Source: Candidatus Microgenomatus sp.
GTDB taxonomy: Bacteria > Patescibacteriota > Microgenomatia > UBA1400 > PJMF01
Direction: 5' to 3'
DNA length: 57,020 nucleotides
NCBI GenBank assembly: GCA_020724725.1
Contig: DYGL01000002.1
Location: 1-57,020, forward strand
Below the pieces are notes generated by a model, which made no database searches, was not told where the DNA came from, and worked only from the letters and a program-made list of their open reading frames with translations. Position 1 is the first letter of the stretch. Each line of letters starts with the position of its first letter. Both the position numbers and the translations under genes were made by a program. Below are positions 34,420 through 41,563 of the stretch, piece by piece.

Positions 34420-34583
34420 CTTACGAGTTTCGCACTTTAAAACAGTCACGCTACACTAAAACTCCTGCTTTACTGAACTAATCTCTTCTTTTCGCTCAGA
34501 GAAGTCGCTGTTAATCACCTAAAGCAAGTTTAAGTTTTTTGTCAGCTCCTTCTATGGACTGTTTGAAGTGCAAAACTCGTAAG
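34420..34583. promoter_or_regulatory. structured intergenic element, copy A (27-bp closing helix plus conserved ~109-nt interior)
   Basis: Arm 34420-34447 (CTTACGAGTTTCGCACTTTAAAACAGTC) pairs with arm 34557-34583 (GACTGTTTGAAGTGCAAAACTCGTAAG), with one mismatch, one G-U pair and one bulge. The interior shares the blocks GAAGTCGCTGT and GTCAGCTCCTTC(T/A)ATGGACT with copy B. Confidence 0.4.
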
Positions 34584-34612
34584 ACAAATATTTGGAAGTG
34601 GAGTGAACAAAA

Positions 34613-36655
34613 ATGAAAGAAAATAGATTAAACACTTTTTTGACTTGGTCTTTGGTAGCAGCGGTGTTTCTCTTGCCCACTTTCTTTGCACCTTATTTCA
34701 TCAATCCACTTATCAATAGTAAACTCCTTTTAGTTCTAGTTATCACTTTGCTGACCAGTGCTGTTTTTATCATCAGCAGTCTCCAAAAAAAGTCATGGGA
34801 ATTAATCAAAACTCCTTTCACTTTGCCTTTGCTGGCTTTCGCTGTGCTGGTTGTGGTCTCTAGCTTGATTAGCCATCAATATCCAAGCAAACAATTTCTG
34901 GGTTTGGGTGGCGCTTATTTAGGCTTTGCTCTGGTGGTTTTATTGGCGCCCAGTTTACTTGAGGGAAGATTTAAGAAGTGGCTAGTTTACGCTTTTAACT
35001 CTGCCGCTATACTTCTTAGCACTCTTTCTATTTTGCAATTGTTCGGTCTAGGTCTAGCTCCGCTTATCAATCGCTTGAGCGTTTTGGACCTACCCAACAG
35101 TTTAGCTTTTTCTCTCAGTGGAGCTACTTTTGTCGGCATTCAATTTTTGTCAGTGGTTTTAATAGCCAATGTTTTTGACCAAAAGGCTTGGAAGGCTTCT
35201 GTTTTTAACAAAGTTACTACGGTTATGATTGCCATTGCTTTGGGGATCAATATCTGGTCCATTTTGCCAGGAGGCGAAGCCCGTTTTCAAAGCCTATCTC
35301 TTTCAGGTAGCGCTGCGATTGCCAAGGACAGTCTGACCTTCACCAAAAATGCCCTCTTTGGCTATGGTCCAGATTCTTATGGCAATGCCTACAATATTCT
35401 CAAGCCAATCTGGATTAATGGTTTTAACTATTGGAAATTCACCTTCGATTCAGCTTTCAACTTCCCTTTGACTGTAATTGTCAGTTTGGGTCTAATTGCC
35501 TTTATTGTCTATCTCTTCTTCTTGTGGCAAGTAGTCAAGACTGTCAAGCAAAGTGATGAGGAAAATATTTTCCTCAAAACTTTGATTTTTGCTGGACTAG
35601 TGTGGCAATTTTTGGCTCCGGTCAACCTAGTCATGTTGGCTATTTTAGGAATCGCTTTGGCTTTCTTTATTAGAGACAACCAAGAACACTACCAGAAGCT
35701 TAACTTCAGTGTTCATCACCTGTCTGATTTCTTCAATCGTGGCAAAGCTCAAGCTAGAAATTACGTCTTTTTAATCAGCAATGGCCTCTTATTGGCTGGT
35801 TTAGTTTTGGTGCTTTATTTCACTGGCAAAACCTTCGTAGCCTATCATCTACTCTATAAGAGCAATGCTAGTGTCAGCAAAAACGAAATTGCTATGGCTT
35901 ATGACTATCACAAGCAAGCCAAGAATCTGGCTCCAGAGCTCGATTTTGTCAGACGCAGCTATTCACTCATCAACTTACAGATTGCCATTGCCTTATCCAA
36001 CAAAGCCGACATTACTCCAGCCGAACAAGAACAAGTCCTACAACTAGTCAATCAAGCCATTCGCGAAGCCAAAGCTGCTACTGTTCTAGATCCAGCCAAT
36101 TACCAAAATTGGTCAGTGCTGGCTCAAATTTACGTCCAACTATCTGGCACGACTGAACAAGCCAAACAAGAAGCTTTCAATGCCTTGGCTCGCGCTGCTA
36201 CTTACAATCCTAATGATCCTGAGATTAGACTGGCTCTAGGTCAACTTTTCTTTAACAGTGAGAAATATTCTGAGGCCATCACTTTCTTCGACCAAGCGAT
36301 TGAGAGAAAACCAGATTTGTTTGTCGCTCACTATTATATGGCTAGAGCCTTTTTGGCCAACAAACAGCTGACAGAGGCCAGAAGTTCACTCATCAACAGT
36401 CTCAACCTCGCTCCTAAAGACAGCGAAGAATACAAAGCCATTGAGAAAGAACTCAACGCTCTTGTAACTGAGATTGAGAGTTTAAATAAAGCCAAAGAAG
36501 ACGGCGTCTCACTTGATAAGCTACCAGCAGCGATTACTGAACCAGTTAATGAAGCCAGCTCCTCAGGTCTCTCTGAGCTTCTAGACGAAAAAGACACAGA
36601 AGCAGTCATTCAAGATGGTGCTCTCAGCTCCGATCAAAGCCTCGTAGAAAATTAA
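34613..36655 (+). CDS. O-antigen ligase-like (Wzy_C) polytopic membrane protein with C-terminal TPR repeats
   Basis: At least 10 predicted TM helices. Periplasmic loop followed by NALFGYGPDSYGNAY, which fits the G-x-G-x-x-F/Y motif typical after Wzy_C. The C-terminal 250 aa has TPR-like helices (YQNWSVLAQIY, AITFFDQAIERKPD, AHYYMARAF). Confidence 0.6.
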   Translation: MKENRLNTFLTWSLVAAVFLLPTFFAPYFINPLINSKLLLVLVITLLTSAVFIISSLQKKSWELIKTPFTLPLLAFAVLVVVSSLISHQYPSKQFLGLGGAYLGFALVVLLAPSLLEGRFKKWLVYAFNSAAILLSTLSILQLFGLGLAPLINRLSVLDLPNSLAFSLSGATFVGIQFLSVVLIANVFDQKAWKASVFNKVTTVMIAIALGINIWSILPGGEARFQSLSLSGSAAIAKDSLTFTKNALFGYGPDSYGNAYNILKPIWINGFNYWKFTFDSAFNFPLTVIVSLGLIAFIVYLFFLWQVVKTVKQSDEENIFLKTLIFAGLVWQFLAPVNLVMLAILGIALAFFIRDNQEHYQKLNFSVHHLSDFFNRGKAQARNYVFLISNGLLLAGLVLVLYFTGKTFVAYHLLYKSNASVSKNEIAMAYDYHKQAKNLAPELDFVRRSYSLINLQIAIALSNKADITPAEQEQVLQLVNQAIREAKAATVLDPANYQNWSVLAQIYVQLSGTTEQAKQEAFNALARAATYNPNDPEIRLALGQLFFNSEKYSEAITFFDQAIERKPDLFVAHYYMARAFLANKQLTEARSSLINSLNLAPKDSEEYKAIEKELNALVTEIESLNKAKEDGVSLDKLPAAITEPVNEASSSGLSELLDEKDTEAVIQDGALSSDQSLVEN

Positions 36656-36661
36656 TCTCTT

Positions 36662-37825
36662 TTAAAGCGTCGAAGCGACGGCTTTTTTGACTTCTTCCAA
36701 ACCTTCGTTGGTAACTGTGCTAAAAAATATCAAATTCACATCTTTATCTATAAAATATGATCTAAATACATCTAATTGCTCAGAAGTGTATAAATCTATC
36801 TTATTAAGTGTCACAATGACTTGCTTTTGCAGCATTTTCTCATCATAATCAGCTAGTTCGTGGCGCAACTGTTCGTATTGTCGCCACAACATTTTTGCTT
36901 TTTCTAAGTCGCTAACGCCCTCATCAAAAACCACTGCCTCTTCCAAGAAGAGCACAAACATCAAACTTTGGCAGTTTTCAATGTGACGCAAGAAATCCAA
37001 ACCCAAACCCTTGCCCTGACTAGCTCCCTCAATCAAACCAGGAACATCAGCCACCACTAACTCGTCCTTGCCCTGATCAAAACCAAGATGCATAATGCCC
37101 AGATTGGGCTCGATTGTAGTAAATGGATAATTGGCAATTTTGGGGTTGGCCCTAGTAACTTTAGAAAGAAAAGTGCTTTTACCAGCATTAGGAAAACCAA
37201 CCAAGCCTAGGTCAGCTAAGAGTTTGAGCTCTAGTTGAACGAGTTTTTGTTCACCAAAACCACCATACTCTGCTTCCAAAGGAGTTGTTTTAACTGATGA
37301 TTTGAAATGAACGCTGCCCCGTCCCCCCTTACCGCCTTGGCAAACCAAAAACTCTTGATTTGCTTCTTTAAATACAAAAAGCTCGAGTTTTTCCTCAAAA
37401 ACTTCCAGCTGATTATCTGGATCTCTTGGTGGAATACCCTGATTTTCATCTTCTAGATAATATTTGCCACCGCTAATAAATTCTTCAGATAGCAAAGAGT
37501 TGTTTCTTCTCTTCTTGGCAATTTGGTTTTCTGCCAAAAGATAAATTACAGTGCCAATTGGCACCTCTAGAATTTTATCCTCACCTTTTTCACCAAATTT
37601 CTTGCGACGGCCACCATTTTGACCTCTTTGGGCTTTAACCAGTTTGACTCCCGCAAAATCTCGCAGCGTTGTGAGACCAGCCTTACTGCGAATTAGAATT
37701 GAACCACCATCGCCACCATCGCCACCATCAGGACCACCTTTGGTGACAAATTTCTCGCGACGAAAAGAAACTTTTCCGTCTCCTCCATCACCAGCTGCTA
37801 AAGTTAATTTGACTAGATCGATCAT
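36662..37825 (-). CDS. obg: GTPase Obg
   Basis: Obg fold GDGGDGKVSFRREKFVTKGGPDGGDGGDGGSI, G1 motif GFPNAGKST, G3 motif DVPGLIEGA. There is a ~60-aa insertion in the N-terminal domain. Confidence 0.9.
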   Translation of the reverse strand: MIDLVKLTLAAGDGGDGKVSFRREKFVTKGGPDGGDGGDGGSILIRSKAGLTTLRDFAGVKLVKAQRGQNGGRRKKFGEKGEDKILEVPIGTVIYLLAENQIAKKRRNNSLLSEEFISGGKYYLEDENQGIPPRDPDNQLEVFEEKLELFVFKEANQEFLVCQGGKGGRGSVHFKSSVKTTPLEAEYGGFGEQKLVQLELKLLADLGLVGFPNAGKSTFLSKVTRANPKIANYPFTTIEPNLGIMHLGFDQGKDELVVADVPGLIEGASQGKGLGLDFLRHIENCQSLMFVLFLEEAVVFDEGVSDLEKAKMLWRQYEQLRHELADYDEKMLQKQVIVTLNKIDLYTSEQLDVFRSYFIDKDVNLIFFSTVTNEGLEEVKKAVASTL

Positions 37826-37992
37826 TCGTAAACCTTTTTATATTTTCTTAGCCACATTCGACTAAACCCATCACTTCTTTTAGAAACAATCTTTTTCTCA
37901 TTCAGTGAAGTCGCTGTATATTATCCCATACATCCTTTATATTTGTTAGTCAGCTCCTTCAATGGACTAAGAAAATATAAAAAGGTTTACGA
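37826..37992. promoter_or_regulatory. structured intergenic element, copy B (26-bp perfect closing helix directly abutting obg start codon)
   Basis: Arm 37826-37851 (TCGTAAACCTTTTTATATTTTCTTAG) is the exact reverse complement of arm 37967-37992. The interior carries the same conserved blocks as copy A, with similar spacing. Confidence 0.4.
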
Positions 37993-38022
37993 GACTAATA
38001 AAAAAATAAGTTCACTTTAAAC

Positions 38023-39162
38023 CTACTTTAAAAAGCTTAAAGGATTTAATAACGCTCCGCCTTGGCGAATTTCAAAGTGTAAGTGAGTGCCTGTACTACG
38101 ACCAGTGCTACCCATTTGGCCAATCACGTCGCCGCGCTTTACTCTTTGGCCTTCCACCACCTGCACCACTGACATGTGAGCATATAAAGTTACATAACCA
38201 TTGCCGTGATCAAGCACCACACGGTTACCATAACCAGAACTATCTGGCCAACCAGCAGTCGTCACCAAACCTGCATCAGCAGCTAGAATCGGACCGGCGG
38301 CTCGATTGGCAATATCAATAGCCTTATGAAAGAAGCTATAACTCTGAGTGATGCCACCAGAAGCTGGCCAAATGAAAGAGCCAAGTGCTGAAACTGTACC
38401 TGCATCTGGAGTAAGTGTACCAAAGCGAGTGGTGTTGGCCACATTAGCTGGCAAGCGCACCTCGGCTTTAACACCTTCTGGAACCATTAAGTATTGACCG
38501 ACTACCAAACCGAAAGTTTCATCATTGAGAAACTCATTGAAAGGATAGTCAACAATCATCTGCACCTGTGAACCATCTAGACCGTATTTTTTACCCACTG
38601 AGTAAATGGTTTCGCCACGGGCCACTTTATGACGCACACCATCTACTGGCAGAATACTCAACTCTTGTCCAGGCTTGATAGTGGACTTTTCAGTTAGATT
38701 GTTTTCCCAAAAAATTGTGCTTGGTTTCAAGCCATAACGTTCAGCAATGCTTGAAATGGTTTCGCCATCAGCCACAATGTGAGTAATTATTTCTCCACCT
38801 CTATACTGACGCACCTCTTCTGCCTGCGAAGTGTAAAAGTCTGGCGCAGCAGCGGTTGCGGTGGAAAGCACTGGGCTAGCCATAACTCTTTGCTGCTCGT
38901 TCTCATCTGGCTTGGACAATAAACTTGGCCCCAGAGTGACCATCAAAAAGGTCAAGCCAATCGTGCCAAAATGCAAAAAAGGCTTAGTGTACTTGCCTCT
39001 TTGCATATAGAGCACATCAACCAACTTGTCTTTAAAACTTTCAAACCAAGCAAAAATTCCATAAAAACGATTTTTAACGTAAGTTCGAACAAAACTGCCA
39101 AAAGCACGCAGGTCAACAAACAGTTGACGAGTCGAGCTGATAAATTTGGCAGTTTGCTTCAT
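38023..39162 (-). CDS. LysM-domain M23 family metallopeptidase
   Basis: N-terminal TM helix, two LysM-like segments (HIVADGETISSIAERYG and HKVARGETIYSVGKKYG), and M23 motifs HKAIDI and GTHLHFEI. Confidence 0.85.
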   Translation of the reverse strand: MKQTAKFISSTRQLFVDLRAFGSFVRTYVKNRFYGIFAWFESFKDKLVDVLYMQRGKYTKPFLHFGTIGLTFLMVTLGPSLLSKPDENEQQRVMASPVLSTATAAAPDFYTSQAEEVRQYRGGEIITHIVADGETISSIAERYGLKPSTIFWENNLTEKSTIKPGQELSILPVDGVRHKVARGETIYSVGKKYGLDGSQVQMIVDYPFNEFLNDETFGLVVGQYLMVPEGVKAEVRLPANVANTTRFGTLTPDAGTVSALGSFIWPASGGITQSYSFFHKAIDIANRAAGPILAADAGLVTTAGWPDSSGYGNRVVLDHGNGYVTLYAHMSVVQVVEGQRVKRGDVIGQMGSTGRSTGTHLHFEIRQGGALLNPLSFLK

Positions 39163-39167
39163 GAATT

Positions 39168-40484
39168 TTAACCTTTAAGTGAGGCTAGGAAATCTTTATT
39201 GCTGTCAGTTCTCTTGAGTTTTTCAATCAAAGTTATAGTTCGCTCATCTTTACCCAACATATCCAACATACGATGCAAAGTAATAATTGACTGATAAGTA
39301 ACTGGATCAATTAAGAGATCATCGCGACGAGTGCCAGATTTCTGAATATCAATTGCAGGATGAATTCTTCTCTCTGCCAAACCTCGATCTAAGTGAATTT
39401 CTTGATTACCAGTGCCTTTGAATTCTTCATAAACTAAGTCGTCCATTCTAGAACCAGTGTCGACCAAAGCTGTACCAACAATGGTTAAAGAGCCTTGCAC
39501 TTCAAAATTGCGGGCAGCACCAAAAAATTTCTTGGGTGGAAAAAGAGCTGCTGGATCAAAGCCTCCAGACAAAGTTCTGCCTGAAGTTGGCATGGCTAAA
39601 TTGTAAGCTCTGGCTAGACGCGTAATTGAGTCAAGCAAAATCACCACATCTCGACCAGCTTCGACCAAGCGCTTAGCTCTCTCTAGAGCTAATTCGGCTA
39701 CGCGACACTGATCGGTGGCTGGCTCATCAAAATTACTAGCTGCCACCTCACCTCGACCTTTGGTTAAATGCTCGATATGACGACGAATATCAGTCACTTC
39801 TTCTGGACGTTCGCCCACCAAAACAGCCATCAAATGAATGTCTGGATTATTGGCAGCCACACCAGTAGCAATATCTTTGAGCAAGGTTGTCTTACCAGCC
39901 TTGGGAGGAGAAACTATTAAACTTCTCTGACCTTTACCAATTGGAGCAATCATGTCAACAATGCGCAGCGACAACGGCTCTTTGCTTGTTTCCAATTTGA
40001 TCTGTGAATCTGGGTAAACAGGAGTGAGAGCTTTAAATTTGACTCGCTCTTTTCTCATAAATTCTTCAACAGTTAGGCCATTTACCTTATCAACTTTAAG
40101 CAAACCCCAAAAGCGCTCATTATCCTTTGGTCTTCGGGCTGGGCCAGTTACCACATCGCCTGGACGAAGCTGAAGGCGACGAATTTGTGAAGTGGAAATG
40201 TAAGCATCGCGCTCTGATTCAGCAAAGCCAACACGCAAAATACCGTGCCCATCTCTGGACATATCCAAAATACCCTCAATAACTTCAGAAGAGCTATTGT
40301 CTTCTTGAAAATTGGTGCGGGAAACTTTGTGACGAATAATTCTTGGAGTAAAACCGCTACTGACAGGAGTTGTTGGCTCAACTGGAGGATTCGCTGGAGC
40401 CACTTCTGCTATTAATTTTTCTTCGACTGGGGCTGGAGCTTCTTTGGGCTCTGCGACAGTGGTGCTAGTTTTTTTAACTGGCAT
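39168..40484 (-). CDS. rho: transcription termination factor Rho
   Basis: RNA-binding OB region (GHGILRVGF), Walker A PPKAGKTTLL, and the Rho-typical SGGFDPAAL...ALVDTGSRMDD. An N-terminal Pro/Ala/Glu-rich extension takes the place of the usual helix bundle. Confidence 0.95.
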   Translation of the reverse strand: MPVKKTSTTVAEPKEAPAPVEEKLIAEVAPANPPVEPTTPVSSGFTPRIIRHKVSRTNFQEDNSSSEVIEGILDMSRDGHGILRVGFAESERDAYISTSQIRRLQLRPGDVVTGPARRPKDNERFWGLLKVDKVNGLTVEEFMRKERVKFKALTPVYPDSQIKLETSKEPLSLRIVDMIAPIGKGQRSLIVSPPKAGKTTLLKDIATGVAANNPDIHLMAVLVGERPEEVTDIRRHIEHLTKGRGEVAASNFDEPATDQCRVAELALERAKRLVEAGRDVVILLDSITRLARAYNLAMPTSGRTLSGGFDPAALFPPKKFFGAARNFEVQGSLTIVGTALVDTGSRMDDLVYEEFKGTGNQEIHLDRGLAERRIHPAIDIQKSGTRRDDLLIDPVTYQSIITLHRMLDMLGKDERTITLIEKLKRTDSNKDFLASLKG

Positions 40485-40650
40485 AAAATATAAAACCTTT
40501 CTTAAGTTCTAAATTTCTAAATTTTTGATCGTGAATCATGTTTTTTATTTAACTATATGGCTCTAAGGGTGACTCGTAAGGAGAAAACAAAATGCGAAAT
40601 AAGCATTAGATTTATCAACTTATTATGTCAAAAAAGCTAAAAAATACAAG

Positions 40651-40959
40651 CTAATGAGTTTCTTGCCACAATGATTTGCTCAAGTCCACCTTCTCTCCTT
40701 TAAAAATTACTCCCTCTTTGAGCAACATCTCTTTCTTCTTCGGAAGTTTTTGTAAACCAAAGTAACCGTTGAGACTACCGTCAGCAGCCACCACTCGATG
40801 ACAAGGTACCTCCGGAGCAAAAGGATTGGCCCTCATAAAAACTCCAACTGCGCGAGCAGCTTTGGGTTTTTTGGCTAATCTGGCTATTTGGCCATAAGTA
40901 GCCACCTTACCTTTGGGAATTCTTCTGGTTTGTTGATAAACCAAGTCTCTAAAAGTCAT
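40651..40959 (-). CDS. ogt: methylated-DNA--protein-cysteine methyltransferase, short single-domain form
   Basis: Active-site motif VPCHRVV with the Cys present. At 102 aa it has only the DNA-binding/active-site domain. Confidence 0.85.
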   Translation of the reverse strand: MTFRDLVYQQTRRIPKGKVATYGQIARLAKKPKAARAVGVFMRANPFAPEVPCHRVVAADGSLNGYFGLQKLPKKKEMLLKEGVIFKGEKVDLSKSLWQETH

Positions 40960-41046
40960 GACACAATCATTTTAACACGAAAACCCTTGGCGGAGGCTCG
41001 GTTGCCTGCCCAACTACCGAGCATCCGCCAAAGATTCCTATCTATT

Positions 41047-41076
41047 TTGATATGAATAGATATACTTAATTATAAT
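41047..41076 (+). promoter_or_regulatory. near-consensus sigma70-type promoter (TTGATA, 18-nt spacer, TATAAT)
   Basis: TTGATA at 41047-41052 and TATAAT at 41071-41076, with no CDS following on the + strand for ~490 nt. Sequence pattern only. Confidence 0.35.
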
Positions 41077-41082
41077 TTACTA

Positions 41083-41254
41083 TTTGTGAGGGTGGTGATA
41101 ACCTATAAGCAATCGTATGTCTCTTATGAGACAAACAAAACAAGCTACATTGTTATTCGTGATTCATCAGCGGTAATAATGTTCGCTACGATCCATCTTG
41201 TTTAGGTTCTTGACTGCCTTAAAGAACAAGACTTAAACGGGATGGATTTTTTTT
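41083..41254 (+). ncRNA. candidate small RNA (~170 nt), family unknown
   Basis: Bounded by the promoter above and by a + strand intrinsic terminator. Ends are estimates. Confidence 0.3.
41191..41254 (+). terminator. Rho-independent terminator (long imperfect hairpin plus T8)
   Basis: ATCCATC (41191-41197) pairs with GATGGAT (41241-41247), with further inner pairing (GTTTA/TAAAC, GTTCTT/AAGAAC). The hairpin runs straight into TTTTTTTT (41247-41254). The opposite strand has no T-tract after the hairpin. Confidence 0.5.
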
Positions 41255-41563
41255 ACCCCCATTTTTAAACCCTCTGCTCTCTCCTTATTCATCATCCAGA
41301 AAAAGCTTCAACGGGCTTAAATTTCCTCGCAAACAATGACTTAAAGAACTAAGGTTTATTATAGTGCTTTTCTATAATTTTTACAAGAATCAATTATGTC
41401 CTATAGTTTTTTAAAGAGACTATTTAAATAGTCCTATATCTTTTTATTTAAGCAATTTATTGATGGATATCATCAAGTTTTCAACAAAGATTTTTCCAAA
41501 TGGAAAATTGTGCAAAACAAAAGCCCTCTCCACCTTGGATAACGATTTGCTATACTTATAGAC

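Noticed and set aside
34393-34449. The N-terminal extension of the third pilin ORF (MTVLKCETRKPMLRLNDNK).
   Set aside because: Prepilin leaders are short and basic. MKVKQQKG followed by ITLIEIL from ATG 34392 is canonical. The extension also overlaps the 5' arm of the structured element. ATG 34416 remains a possible alternative.
41117-41176. 19-codon ORF (MSLMRQTKQATLLFVIHQR) inside the candidate sRNA, as a possible small hydrophobic peptide or type I toxin.
   Set aside because: There is no ribosome-binding site, the start codon sits in a 5-bp hairpin, and the ORF is too short to judge. I keep it only as an alternative in the sRNA finding.
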